Below the pieces are notes generated by a model. It had not been told where the DNA came from and made no database searches. It saw only the letters and a program-made list of their open reading frames with translations. From contig CAWHFW010000005.1 of NCBI GenBank assembly GCA_963828735.1, forward strand, positions 1,984,001 through 2,048,000: a DNA stretch of 64,000 nt, read 5' to 3'. This DNA comes from an uncultured Gemmatimonadales bacterium (GTDB lineage Bacteria; Gemmatimonadota; Gemmatimonadetes; Gemmatimonadales; GWC2-71-9). The translations under genes were made by a program, and so were the position numbers. This document shows, piece by piece, positions 40,401 through 50,262 of this stretch. Position 1 is the first letter of the stretch. Each line of letters begins with the position of its first letter.

Positions 40401-42299
40401 TCAGGTATCCTCGTCGGCCGCCTCGAGCAGGCGCCGGCGTTGTCCCGGGGTGAGCATGTCCCGTTCGACCACCTGCTGGACGATGCGGGCCACGAACCCG
40501 TATCCGCGCGGCTCGGAGACGAGCCAGTGATGCCACTCGGCCTCGTCGAGCGCGCGGTGCACCGCATCGAGCGGCTCGCCAAGCGCCCTGGCGATACGGG
40601 TGGCGGCCACGCGGTCGCCCAGCACGGATGCCGCGGCGAGGACCCGCTGGGCCTCCGGTGAGCGCCGGCGGAACCCGATACGGATCGCTGCGACGACCGC
40701 GTCGGGCAGATCGCCGGGCAGGCTCTGATCGAGCGTGCGCTGCGGGTCGGGCCACGCACTCGACGTCGCCCCGAGGTCCAGCCCGAGGGCCACGGCCCGG
40801 AGCAGCTCGACGGCGATGAGCGGCAGGCAACCCGAATCAAGGGCCACCCGTCGGACGACGCGATCCAGCTGGACCGAGTCATACCCGGGCAACAGGCGCT
40901 CGGCGAGCTCGCGGAGCGCCGTCGTCGTGAACGGCGCCGTGTGGATGGCCGCACCGCCCAGGTCGCGGCCGATGCGGCTCCTGAGATCATCCAGGTCAGG
41001 TCTCGGCACGTGGTGAGAGAGCGTCAGCACCACGATCACAGGCGCCGCGGTCAGGTCGCGCAGCAGCGCCACGAGCGAGGCGGCAGAGTCGTCGTCGAGC
41101 CACTGGGCGTCGTCGACCGCGAGCACCACCGGCTGCTCCGCCGCGGCAGTCCGCGTCACCTCGGCGAGCGCTCGTCCCAGAGAGCACGGCGCCGCCGCCA
41201 CGGAGGAAAAGCGCTCGGCCCACTCCGGAAGCGCGGCCGCCAGGGCCGCGATGGCGTCGGGCGTCGCACCGGCGATCCCCGCGGCGTCCCGCAGCCCTCC
41301 GCGAGCGAGCACCAGCAGGCCGCTCCATGGCTGGGTTCGATCACCCTCGACGGCGCGCGCCGCCGAGACCGCCGCGCCGTCGAGACGCAGGCGGGCGAGC
41401 AGCTCGTCGGCGAGCCGCGTCTTTCCCGAGCCGATCTCGCCTTCGATGAAAAGCACCGCGGCGCGGCGCGTGGTGACCGAGGTGGCTGCGGCATCGAGCA
41501 GCCGCTGCAACTCCGTCGCGCGACCGGCGAGGGGCAGCCGGTCGAGCACGCCGGGCGCCTCGGCGAGGGGACCCGGTTCGGGACGCACCAGGTGCTGCTT
41601 CGCCACACGTTCGGCGAGATCGTCGGTGGCGCGTTCCGGGATGACATCGAGCTCCGCCAGGAGCGCGACGAACCGGGAGTGCTCCTCGAGCGCGGCAACG
41701 CGATCGCCGGCGAGCGCCAGGCTCCGCATGACCGCGCGCACGGCGCGCTCGGCGCGAGGGTCGAGCCGCAGGGCACGGCGCGCGGCCCACGCAGCCTCGG
41801 CGGCCTGGCCCGACCGGAGCAGGCTCTCCGCGTACTGGACCAGCACGTCCACCGAGCGCCCCCGCCAGTGGGTGCGCTCGGCGCCGAGCCAGTCCTCGAA
41901 CGCCGACGCGTCGTCGAGGCCGAAACCCTCGAGGAATTCTCCGGTCACCAGCGCGGCCGCGGCGCTCCAGTCCTCTCGGGCGGCTAGCGCCTCGAACTCG
42001 TCCAGGTCGAGACGGACGGCGTCGGGGCTCAGGCGCAGGAGCCCGCCCTCGCCGCCGATCGCCTCATTTCCCAGATGCCGGCGGATGTGCCCCAGCGCGA
42101 CGTTGAGCGAGTGCCTTGCTCTCGCTTCCTCGCTCTCCGCCCACAGCAGGCCGATGAGGTGCTCGCGCGTCCTGCCGCGGCGACCGGAGCGCGCCAGATA
42201 CACCAGGAGCGCCAGATGCTTCTTCCAGAGCAGCTCGGGCGGCGCCATCGCGCCGTCGAGGGTGAGCTCGACCGGGCCCAGTGTTCGGCAGCTCGTCAT
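40401..42299 (-). CDS. SARP-family activator: wHTH-BTAD-AAA_16 (STAND) with no C-terminal TPR region (632 aa)
   Basis: ATG 42299; LGPVEL, ALLVYLA, TREHLIGLLW..ARARHSL, GEFLEGF..FEDWL, LDPRAE; GEIGSGKTRL, VDDAQWLD, SGCLP; ends just after the winged-helix region. Confidence 0.9.
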   Translation of the reverse strand: MTSCRTLGPVELTLDGAMAPPELLWKKHLALLVYLARSGRRGRTREHLIGLLWAESEEARARHSLNVALGHIRRHLGNEAIGGEGGLLRLSPDAVRLDLDEFEALAAREDWSAAAALVTGEFLEGFGLDDASAFEDWLGAERTHWRGRSVDVLVQYAESLLRSGQAAEAAWAARRALRLDPRAERAVRAVMRSLALAGDRVAALEEHSRFVALLAELDVIPERATDDLAERVAKQHLVRPEPGPLAEAPGVLDRLPLAGRATELQRLLDAAATSVTTRRAAVLFIEGEIGSGKTRLADELLARLRLDGAAVSAARAVEGDRTQPWSGLLVLARGGLRDAAGIAGATPDAIAALAAALPEWAERFSSVAAAPCSLGRALAEVTRTAAAEQPVVLAVDDAQWLDDDSAASLVALLRDLTAAPVIVVLTLSHHVPRPDLDDLRSRIGRDLGGAAIHTAPFTTTALRELAERLLPGYDSVQLDRVVRRVALDSGCLPLIAVELLRAVALGLDLGATSSAWPDPQRTLDQSLPGDLPDAVVAAIRIGFRRRSPEAQRVLAAASVLGDRVAATRIARALGEPLDAVHRALDEAEWHHWLVSEPRGYGFVARIVQQVVERDMLTPGQRRRLLEAADEDT

Positions 42300-45076
42300 G
42301 CCGCGCAGGCCCGGCCACCCGCGCGCGCCACGGCCGCGGCCTGCAGTGGCCGCATGTCGGCCTCGCTCCCGCTCCAGAGCTCGACCACTCTGCGGAGCGT
42401 GGCGCACCCGGCGACGGTGTCGGCGGCCGTCGCGCCGGATGTCAGGAGGGCCTCGCCACGCCGCCAGCGCACGTACGTGCCGAGTGCCGCGTCGATCTCG
42501 CCGGCTTGAGGCGCGCCCACGGGCCAGCCCTCGAAGTCCGATCCGTCGATCCAGCGCAGGTCCCGCTCGGCGGCGGCGACGTTGCCCCGCGCCATGTGCC
42601 AATCGGCGCGGAGCAGATGGTAGACCGCCCCGGCGAACGGATCGGGAGGCTGGTTCACGCTCACCGCGCCGCGAACCGAGTCCGAGACGTCGAGCGCCCG
42701 CGAGAGGTCACCACCCTTGCCGGCGATGACGGCGCGGAGCAGCACACCGAGCGGGGAGCCGGGCGCCAACTGCTCGAGCCGAGTCGCCTGGCCACGTGCG
42801 GCAGCCGTGTCGCCGGAGGCGACGTGTCCCAGCGCGAGGGCCCACCGGATCCGCGTCTCCAGGCGGGCGGTGGTCGTGTCCGCCAGCATCTGCTCCAGCG
42901 GCTCGCGCCAGCGAGGTGCGGACGCCGGAATGACGGAGAGCCCGACCAGCCGCGGGATGACCTCCCATTCGGCCCGCTGAAGGCGGACCTCGGGGGAGGG
43001 CCAGTCGGCGATGGACGAATCGAGCTGCGCGAGCGCCTCGGATGTCCGGCCCAGGGCCAGCAGCCCGATGGCAATGCCGTTCCGTGCGCTCGCGCGCGCC
43101 GAGTCGGTCGACGACTCACGATCGAGGAGGATGCGGCAGAGACCGATCTGAGCTCCGGGAATGTCGAACCAGGGAGCGCCGAGCCGTGCGACCTGCGACA
43201 CGCCGGCGAGCGTCGCGGAGTCGCCCGTGCGCTCGAGCCACCAGCGCGCGAGTCGGCCGCGCCACGGGCGGAAGCGCTCGTCATAGGCCAGCTTCATGAG
43301 CCGCACCTTGTCGAGGTCGCCCGGCCATGACTTGACCTCGATGGCTTGCCGGAGAGCGAGCGTGTACTGGGCGTGCTCTTTCCTCCCGGCGCGAAGATCC
43401 GCGGCGAAGATGTGGTTGTAAGGGTCGGCGAACGAGGAATCGAGCGCGATCGTCTCGCGCATGCCGCGAATGGCGAGCTCGATGTCCCGCCCGACCAGCG
43501 GTCCGCGGTGGAAGAGCTCGTGCGCGTAGAGATACTGCAGGTAGGCGTCGGGCCGTGCGTGCGACACCACCGAGTCGAGCCGCCGGAGCCGGCGGTCGAC
43601 GTCGGGCTCGAGGAACGCCTTCACGACCGCGCGGTCGGTCGGCCGAAGGCGATCCCCGAGGCGCCCGTCCAGCTCGCGCAGGTCCCCGAGATAGTCGTAG
43701 GGGCGCCGCTCCCAGTGCCTGACGTTGGCCAACCGCCAGCGTGCCAGCGCAAACGTGGAGTCGGCATCGATCGCGGCCTCGTACCGCTGCTCGGCGAGCG
43801 TCCACTCGTCCCGGTCGTACGCCGCCTCGCCCTGGAGAAAGCTCTTCAACGCCTCGAACGGCACGCCGGCGAAGTCCCGCAGCTCCCCGACTCGGGGCTC
43901 GAGCTCGGGCGCCACGATGTTGAGCACCGGCAACGACAGTCGCTCGGTGAGCCCGACGAGGTCGGCCACCGTGCCGGTCACCTCGACGTACTCCTTGGCG
44001 CCGCGCCAGGAGTAGAGGGTGAGGCCCACCCGCACGCGATCGCCCGACCGCCTCGCCTGCCCGTGCGCCACCCACTGCACGCCGAGGTCACGCGGGGCCT
44101 GATTCTGAATTCCGCCCGCGTCGTAGCCGGTCTGCGCCGCCCATCGCGCGATCCGGCGCGGCGACGTCATGTGGAGCCCCGAAACGTCACTCAAGGTCAG
44201 GGACAGCAGGTGGGCCATCGCGGTCCCGAGCGAATCTCCGGCCGGGCCTCCGATCGCTTCGAGCGGGAGCACGGCGATCTCGTTCGACGGCGGCCCGGGT
44301 GGCCGGCGCAGCCAGTGCCAGGCGGCCGCGCCCGTGAGGGTCAGTACCGTGAGGGCCAACAGCGCGAGCCCCGCCACCCTGATGGGCCCGCTCGCCAGGG
44401 TGAGCCTCCGGCGGAACGAGGCCGCGTGGGGGTCAGGCGCGAGCGCACATCGGAGGGCCGGCCGCAGGCGGAGCGGGACCGCCGCGAGCGCCTCGCGGCT
44501 CGTGCCTGCAGCCTCCCACCGTCGGCCCGTCACCGCCTGGTAGATGACGCGCGAGACCAGCACGAGTCCGGTGCGCTCGGTGCTCGAATCGGCTGGAGCG
44601 GCGCCAATGCCGTCGAGCACCAGGCGCCCGGGTTGTCGTACCACCGTGTCTGGCGACAGTTGGGGATGCGCGACGCCCCGCGCGCGCGACGCCTCGAGCG
44701 CCGCAAGCAGCTCGAGGCCGTAGCGTATGGCCTCACCTACAGGTACGGGCCCACTTGCCAGATGCTCGGCGAGCGGCTCCCCCGGCACGTGCTCCAGCGC
44801 GGCGTACGCGAAATCTCCGAAGGCGTCGGCCCGGTGGACTGAGCGGACGCCGGGATGACCGACGCGAGCGAGCAGGCGGATGCTCGCCACGAACGCCTCC
44901 GCGCGCGCCGTGGTGCGCTGGTCGGGAGCGAGCATCACCAGCAGGACCGCCCGGTCGAGCCGGAGATCCTGCGCCAGGACGCGCACGAGCCCGTCCTCCT
45001 CGCCGAGCACGCGCTCCAGCCGATATTCCCGGGCCAGGCCCGTGCGATCCCACGCCAGATGTTCGATGTCGATCAT
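42296..45076 (-). CDS. Pseudokinase - TM - TolB_N-like - TPR protein
   Basis: ATG 45076 (ATGA overlaps at both ends); kinase fold with LGEEDG, AVLLV (no Lys), [42 protein letters not shown]; TPRs. Confidence 0.85.
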   Translation of the reverse strand: MIDIEHLAWDRTGLAREYRLERVLGEEDGLVRVLAQDLRLDRAVLLVMLAPDQRTTARAEAFVASIRLLARVGHPGVRSVHRADAFGDFAYAALEHVPGEPLAEHLASGPVPVGEAIRYGLELLAALEASRARGVAHPQLSPDTVVRQPGRLVLDGIGAAPADSSTERTGLVLVSRVIYQAVTGRRWEAAGTSREALAAVPLRLRPALRCALAPDPHAASFRRRLTLASGPIRVAGLALLALTVLTLTGAAAWHWLRRPPGPPSNEIAVLPLEAIGGPAGDSLGTAMAHLLSLTLSDVSGLHMTSPRRIARWAAQTGYDAGGIQNQAPRDLGVQWVAHGQARRSGDRVRVGLTLYSWRGAKEYVEVTGTVADLVGLTERLSLPVLNIVAPELEPRVGELRDFAGVPFEALKSFLQGEAAYDRDEWTLAEQRYEAAIDADSTFALARWRLANVRHWERRPYDYLGDLRELDGRLGDRLRPTDRAVVKAFLEPDVDRRLRRLDSVVSHARPDAYLQYLYAHELFHRGPLVGRDIELAIRGMRETIALDSSFADPYNHIFAADLRAGRKEHAQYTLALRQAIEVKSWPGDLDKVRLMKLAYDERFRPWRGRLARWWLERTGDSATLAGVSQVARLGAPWFDIPGAQIGLCRILLDRESSTDSARASARNGIAIGLLALGRTSEALAQLDSSIADWPSPEVRLQRAEWEVIPRLVGLSVIPASAPRWREPLEQMLADTTTARLETRIRWALALGHVASGDTAAARGQATRLEQLAPGSPLGVLLRAVIAGKGGDLSRALDVSDSVRGAVSVNQPPDPFAGAVYHLLRADWHMARGNVAAAERDLRWIDGSDFEGWPVGAPQAGEIDAALGTYVRWRRGEALLTSGATAADTVAGCATLRRVVELWSGSEADMRPLQAAAVARAGGRACAA

Positions 45077-47913
45077 CGCCGGCACCAGTCCGCCACGGCG
45101 TGCAGCCGTGCGGTCGCGGGGAAGAATCCCGGCTCGGCATGCGACCACGCCTCCTCGAGACGCGTCGCATGGTCACACGCGGCCTCGCGCCGGTTTTCCC
45201 GCCGATCGAGCTCGGCTCGAAGCAGCCGCGCGTACGACCCGAGCGCCCAGTCGACGTCAGCCGGCTGCGCCTCCGCGCTGGGCCAGCCCACCGCGTCCGT
45301 ATTCTCGTACCAGAGCCAGCTGCGGTCGGCCTCGTCGGCTCGGCCGTTCAGGCCGCGCCACCACTGACCGCGCAGCAGGTGCAGCGTCGCACGAAAGAAC
45401 GGATCCGGCGCCGCGCCGGCCGAATCCACCGCGAGCGCCGGTGCCGAGAGGTGGAGGGCGGCAGGCGAATCCCCCTGAGCCGCGGCGCTCATCGCGGCGA
45501 GCAGCAGCCCGAGCGGGCCATCCTCGGGCTCCCGCTCGGTTACGACAGCCCGCCAGCTGTCTGCCTCGACCGCGTCGCCCCGGGCCAATGCATCCACGCC
45601 AAGCGCCCAGGCCGCGCGGGCGGTGGTGTCATGGTCGTTGAGCGTGACGAGCGCGCGCCGGCCTTCCTCGCGCTCGGCATCGGTGATCCCCGGTACGCCA
45701 AGCGCGGGCAGGAGCACCCTCCACTCGGCTGCCTGCTGGTGGGCCTCGCCGGGCTCGGGGAACAGGCCGGCGGCCGAATCGAGCTGCGCGAGCGCCCCGT
45801 GCGGCCGGCCCAGCGCTACCAGGGCGACTCCCTGCGCGAGATGCCCGCTCGCCCGGTCGATCGCGGTGGCCTCGTCGGGCGCCGTGAGCCGCCGGCCGAA
45901 TTCGAGCTCGAACGCCGGGAGGTCGAAGGCGAGCGCGCCGCGCGCGGCGAGCGAAAGCGCTTTGGGCGACGCGAGCAGCCCGCCAGCCGCGGGATCGAGC
46001 TTCCCGGGGCTGAAGCGCGCGGTCGAGGCGAGCCTCAGGAACTCCGGCAGGAAGATCTCGGACTCCTCGGGGCGGCCCGCCGTGCGCTCGAGCGAGTCGA
46101 GCGCCCGGGACGCTTCCTCCTTCCGACCGAGGCGAATGAGGGCCCAGGTAAGGTGCTCCCACGCCGGCGCCAGGCGCGGATTGGCCGCCGCGGCGCGCGC
46201 GAGCATGCGTGCGGCCTCCTCGAGCGGCCGGCCCGCGAGCGGGCCCCGGTGAAACAGCTCGTCACCGTAGAGCAGCATCGCCGTGGCGTTGGCGGTGTCC
46301 GAGGCGAGCGCGGACTCGTACGCGGCGAAGCGAGCGCCGCCGGACGGCGCGAATTGCGCGGCGATCAACAGGCTGTCGGTCCGCGGCAGGTCCCTGCCGT
46401 GCTGCGCGAACAGGTCGCGAAAGTTGTCGGGGAAGGGCGGCGTCGGACGGAGGGGCATCCAGCGCCGCGCGTTGCCCAGCCTCCAGGCGGCGAGCAGGAA
46501 CGTGGAGTCGATCGCCAGGGCATTGGCGTAATGGCGCTCGGCCGCGAGCCATGCGTCGTGCTCTACCGCCTCCTCGCCCTTCATGTACTCGAGGACCGCC
46601 GCACGGGAGAGCCGAATGCCCCCTCCGGGCATGAGCGGACCCAATCCCCTGCCCATGGTCGCGACGAGCAGTCCGCCCAGCGAATCGACGAGTGCGAAAT
46701 GGTCCCCCGAATCGCCGACGACGGCGGTGTCGAGCAAGGGCTTGCCGAGAGAATTCACCAGCGAGCCATGGATCTCGAGGCGCCCAGCGCTCCGCGTCAC
46801 GAAGCCGGAGACGCCAAAGGTGGCGCCCAACTCCGGTGTGAGGGTCCGAGATCGCATGGCCGTGGGCTCCCTCGATGCCCGCCAGGCCGTCGCGACCTCG
46901 GTGCTTGGCGGCATCCGGATCCCTGGAAGCGGCTCGAAGTACGACCGGGTTGCTCGGGTCAGCTCTCCGGCGAGACTCGTATCTCCGAGGGTCTCGTACG
47001 GGAAGACGACGACATCATACGCCGTGACCCGGCCCCACTTGTGGAGGTACACGGCCGCCACGACAACCAGCAGGGCGACCACGAGCAGCGACGGGAGCCC
47101 GAGAGGCGCTTGCCAGGTCGATGAGGGGCGTTCGAGCGAGACCAGGAATTCCTGGCCCGTGGACCACCGTTCCGCCGGATGGCTCCGAAGGGCCTTGGTC
47201 AGTGCCGCGCGGAGATGGCGAGTCACGCCCGGCCACTCCGCCTGCTCGACGCCGTGCAGCCGATCCCAGGGGTGACCGGTGGATGCCTCGTACAGGACCG
47301 CGCCAAGGGAGTAGAGGTCCGACAGCTTCGTGGCCTCCCGACCGGCTGCCTGCTCGGGGGCCATGTAGCGCGGTGTTCCCGGCAGCTCGTTCGGAGTGGT
47401 GAGCGTGTCATCAACGCTGTGGGGGACCGCCACGATCCCGAAGTCGCCGAGCAGGGCGCTGCCGTGCTCGAGAAAGATGTTGGACGGCTTGATATCCCGG
47501 TGGATGAAGCCCTGAGGATGCATCGCGCCGAGCGCCGACAGGACGTCCCGTGCGACGGCGATGGTCTCGGCCTCGGGGAGCCGACCATCGCGAAGGCGAT
47601 CCGCCAGCGTCCCCCCGTTCATCAGCGCCATGACGTAGTACGGGATGCCGTCCGCCACGTCGGCTTCGTAGACGGGGACGATGTTCGGATGGGTGAACCG
47701 CGCGGTGGTGCGCGCCTCCCGCAGGAATCGCTCGGCGAGGACGGCGGTCGCGCGCTCCGGCGGGAGGATCTTGATGGCCACCGGACGCTCGAGCACCGCG
47801 TCCCACCCCACGAAGACGATACCCATGCCGCCGGCGGCGAGCTCGCGCTCGACGACGATCCGCGGGGCAAGCGCGGCACGAAGGCGATGAAGGACCGACG
47901 GCGGTTGGCCCAT
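45073..47913 (-). CDS. Ser/Thr kinase - TM - TolB_N-like - TPR protein with intact catalytic motifs
   Basis: ATG 47913; [55 protein letters not shown]; TPRs. Confidence 0.9.
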   Translation of the reverse strand: MGQPPSVLHRLRAALAPRIVVERELAAGGMGIVFVGWDAVLERPVAIKILPPERATAVLAERFLREARTTARFTHPNIVPVYEADVADGIPYYVMALMNGGTLADRLRDGRLPEAETIAVARDVLSALGAMHPQGFIHRDIKPSNIFLEHGSALLGDFGIVAVPHSVDDTLTTPNELPGTPRYMAPEQAAGREATKLSDLYSLGAVLYEASTGHPWDRLHGVEQAEWPGVTRHLRAALTKALRSHPAERWSTGQEFLVSLERPSSTWQAPLGLPSLLVVALLVVVAAVYLHKWGRVTAYDVVVFPYETLGDTSLAGELTRATRSYFEPLPGIRMPPSTEVATAWRASREPTAMRSRTLTPELGATFGVSGFVTRSAGRLEIHGSLVNSLGKPLLDTAVVGDSGDHFALVDSLGGLLVATMGRGLGPLMPGGGIRLSRAAVLEYMKGEEAVEHDAWLAAERHYANALAIDSTFLLAAWRLGNARRWMPLRPTPPFPDNFRDLFAQHGRDLPRTDSLLIAAQFAPSGGARFAAYESALASDTANATAMLLYGDELFHRGPLAGRPLEEAARMLARAAAANPRLAPAWEHLTWALIRLGRKEEASRALDSLERTAGRPEESEIFLPEFLRLASTARFSPGKLDPAAGGLLASPKALSLAARGALAFDLPAFELEFGRRLTAPDEATAIDRASGHLAQGVALVALGRPHGALAQLDSAAGLFPEPGEAHQQAAEWRVLLPALGVPGITDAEREEGRRALVTLNDHDTTARAAWALGVDALARGDAVEADSWRAVVTEREPEDGPLGLLLAAMSAAAQGDSPAALHLSAPALAVDSAGAAPDPFFRATLHLLRGQWWRGLNGRADEADRSWLWYENTDAVGWPSAEAQPADVDWALGSYARLLRAELDRRENRREAACDHATRLEEAWSHAEPGFFPATARLHAVADWCRR

Positions 47914-47985
47914 GAGCCCGGGAGTTGTCGAGTGGATTCCCCAATACTGCGTGTCGCCAGGCGTCCCGGCAACCGCGGCGACCCG

Positions 47986-48018
47986 CTTGAGGCCCAATTG
48001 ACCGCCGGGCGGCAGCTT
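47986..48018 (+). promoter_or_regulatory. SARP-type direct repeat box 2 plus -10-like hexamer
   Basis: CTTGAGG-ccca-ATTGACC (47986, 47997), 9 nt, then CAGCTT; upstream of ATG 48045. Confidence 0.65.
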
Positions 48019-48044
48019 CGGTGCACCTGTCACCGGAGCCTCCC

Positions 48045-48431
48045 ATGTCGGTTCGCGCCCTACGTCGGCCCTGCCCACGCCGGGCTGCCACCCTCGTCCT
48101 CGTCCTGCTGGGCGCCTGCACCAGCTGGCGGGTGCAGCCCGTCGCCCCCGTGGAGCTGCTCGGCCAGTCCACGCCGTCCGAGGCGCGAGTGCGGCTCCAC
48201 GACGGCCGGAAGGTGATCGTCCGCCAGCCGCGGCTCCGCTCCGACTCCGTGGTGAGCGGGTTTCCGGGCGACAGCTCCGCGCTGGCCGTCGCCGGGATCG
48301 ACAGCATCGAGCTCAGAAAGGGTGACGCGGCGAAGTCGATCGGGCTCGTGCTGCTCATCGTCGGCACGCCAGCCATTCTCTGTGCCGCCACGTGCGAGTT
48401 CGGCCCCGACTTCTCCGCGCCCATCGAGTGA
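48045..48431 (+). CDS. Small hypothetical lipoprotein with C-terminal hydrophobic helix
   Basis: GGAG RBS before ATG 48045; lipobox LLGAC; C-terminal [16 protein letters not shown]. Confidence 0.75.
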   Translation: MSVRALRRPCPRRAATLVLVLLGACTSWRVQPVAPVELLGQSTPSEARVRLHDGRKVIVRQPRLRSDSVVSGFPGDSSALAVAGIDSIELRKGDAAKSIGLVLLIVGTPAILCAATCEFGPDFSAPIE

Positions 48432-48438
48432 GTCGGCT

Positions 48439-48471
48439 CTTGAGTCATCCTTGACTGCTGCATGGCATCGT
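48439..48471 (+). promoter_or_regulatory. SARP-type direct repeat box 3 plus -10-like hexamer
   Basis: CTTGAGT-catc-CTTGACT (48439, 48450), 9 nt, then CATCGT; upstream of ATG 48513. Confidence 0.7.
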
Positions 48472-48512
48472 CTCTCGCGGGCGTTGGTCGACACCCCCCG
48501 AGCGGAGGAGCC

Positions 48513-49160
48513 ATGTCACGCACACCCCGAGTTCTTCGAACCGTCAGTCTCGGACCGAACCTCACCGGCCAGGGACATCCAAACCTGCGGATCCTGCTCG
48601 GCAGTCTGTGCCTGTTGGCTGTCACGCTCGGATCGCCACCCGCCGCGGCAGGCCAGACCTGCTTCCGTGGCCGACCGGAGCCAAGGTGCAGCGGCTTCAC
48701 GGTGTTGGAGTTCACAACCGCCATCCGCCTCAATCAAAAGCCCGCCCCGACGGACGAGGGCATGGTGTTGGGCTACTGGAGTGGCGGCTATCTGAGGAAC
48801 ATCGGCCAGCGATCCGCGTTGGGAGCGGCGTTCAAGCTCACGGGCGACACCGACGGCTACCGGTACGGGCCGGTGCTACGGTACCGTCGCTGGCTCAGTC
48901 CTACCTCCAGCATCGACTTCTCCCCGGGGCTCTTCGTGGCGGGGAAAGACAACTTCACCGCCTTGCGGTTCCCGAGTCCCACGGCCGACGTCGCCTTGAA
49001 TTATCGCGACTGGGTGGGGCTCGCTCTCGGCGTCGATGCGCTTCGGCAGGCTGACGGAGGTACCCATTGGCAGTGGCACGCGGGGATGCGGCTCGGCACG
49101 TGGCTCGCACCCCTCGCCACGCTCGGGCTCTTCGTCCTGGCGGCGGCAACGTACGACTAG
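48513..49160 (+). CDS. Hypothetical exported beta-strand-rich (small OM-barrel-like) protein
   Basis: GGAGGAG RBS; signal peptide ending AAG-Q; Cys pair; alternating amphipathic strands (YWSGGYLRN, LRYRRW, WHAGMRLG); hydrophobic C-terminus. Confidence 0.75.
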   Translation: MSRTPRVLRTVSLGPNLTGQGHPNLRILLGSLCLLAVTLGSPPAAAGQTCFRGRPEPRCSGFTVLEFTTAIRLNQKPAPTDEGMVLGYWSGGYLRNIGQRSALGAAFKLTGDTDGYRYGPVLRYRRWLSPTSSIDFSPGLFVAGKDNFTALRFPSPTADVALNYRDWVGLALGVDALRQADGGTHWQWHAGMRLGTWLAPLATLGLFVLAAATYD

Positions 49161-49253
49161 GCAGACGACAAGATGGGCGGACCGCTGCTACCAGGCGGCC
49201 AGGGTCCGGGGCTGAGTGTTCGCAAGACGCGATGATCTCATGCGGTGAGTTCA

Positions 49254-49286
49254 CTTGACGGCGCCTTGAGCGGACATGCACACCGT
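49254..49286 (+). promoter_or_regulatory. SARP-type direct repeat box 4 plus -10-like hexamer
   Basis: CTTGACG-gcgc-CTTGAGC (49254, 49265), 9 nt, then CACCGT; upstream of ATG 49343. Confidence 0.7.
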
Positions 49287-49342
49287 TGGGTCACAGCTGG
49301 GCCGGCACCCTGCCGGCCCCTACCCATGCCAGGAGGCTCTCA

Positions 49343-49765
49343 ATGCGTCGGCTCGCACTCGTTCTTGCTGGCCTCAGCTTCACTACCGGCTGTGTTCACA
49401 CGGGCGCTACGATGCTGAACGCGTCGGCGAAGCTTCCACCGATCTGCCCCGAGGGAGTTCAGTTGTTTACGGGCGCCGAAAAAGTCGGCCAGCAGTATCA
49501 CGAAATTGCCGTCCTCACCTCCAACGGGGACGCCGACATGACCTCCGCGGAGGGCATGGCCAACTCACAGCGGAAGAAGGCGGCAAAGCTCGGAGCCAAC
49601 GGCGTCATCCTGGGGGAGCAGAAGGATCCGAGCACCGGCGCGAGGATCGCCGATGCCTTCCTGGGCACGGGCGCCGTGCGGAAGGGCAAGTCAATAGCCA
49701 TTTACATCCCGGCTGACAGCTCTCGCGTCCAGGAAGCCTGCGGGGCGAAGGTTGCGAGGCGGTAG
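49343..49765 (+). CDS. Hypothetical lipoprotein, possibly YbjQ/RcsF-like fold
   Basis: AGGAGG RBS; lipobox FTTGC; RKKAAKLGANGVIL motif. Confidence 0.75.
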   Translation: MRRLALVLAGLSFTTGCVHTGATMLNASAKLPPICPEGVQLFTGAEKVGQQYHEIAVLTSNGDADMTSAEGMANSQRKKAAKLGANGVILGEQKDPSTGARIADAFLGTGAVRKGKSIAIYIPADSSRVQEACGAKVARR

Positions 49766-49862
49766 GCCGACAGTGCTTACCTGGGCCCGGCTCAAGGCCA
49801 ACCCGCGGTCCTGCGACCGGCCGCGGGCGGGTGAGTCGGCAACGGAGCCTTCGCTCCCTCTC

Positions 49863-49914
49863 CTCTTGACAATCTAGAGAAGACCCCGCATGGTCCCTCC
49901 AGTCTATCTGGAGG
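49863..49914 (+). promoter_or_regulatory. Two related 17-bp palindromes (putative PadR operators)
   Basis: CTCTTGACAATCTAGAG (49863-49879, contains TTGACA) and CTCCAGTCTATCTGGAG (49897-49913, overlaps the GGAGG RBS). Confidence 0.75.
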
Positions 49915-49920
49915 ACGACC

Positions 49921-50262
49921 GTGGCGACACCCGCCGATCTGCTCCCCGGCACCCTCGAGCTCCTGGTCCTGAAGGCGCTGTCCCTCGAGCCGATGCACGG
50001 CTGGGGCATCGGCCAGCGGATCGACCAGCTCTCCCGCGACGTGTTCAAGGTCCAGCAGGGCTCGCTCTATCCCGCGCTTCAGCGGATGCTCCGGAAAGGC
50101 TGGATCGGGTCCGAGTGGCGCGCGAGCGAGAATGGCCGCCGCGCCCGGTACTACGCCCTCACCGCACGCGGCCGGCGCCAGCTCGAGGCCGAAACCGCGG
50201 CCTGGCGACGCACCGCCGCCGCGGTGGACGGGATCCTCCGGGTCCGGCTGGCCGACCTGTGA
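49921..50262 (+). CDS. PadR-family regulator (acidobacterial ADOP-associated type)
   Basis: LLPGTLELLVLKAL, MHGWGI, GSLYPALQRM, SENGRRARYYALT. Confidence 0.95.
   Translation: MATPADLLPGTLELLVLKALSLEPMHGWGIGQRIDQLSRDVFKVQQGSLYPALQRMLRKGWIGSEWRASENGRRARYYALTARGRRQLEAETAAWRRTAAAVDGILRVRLADL

Noticed and set aside
49865..49871. Fifth SARP box (CTTGACA) upstream of padR
   Set aside because: Only one half-site with no partner at 11 bp; better explained as a -35 inside the PadR palindrome.
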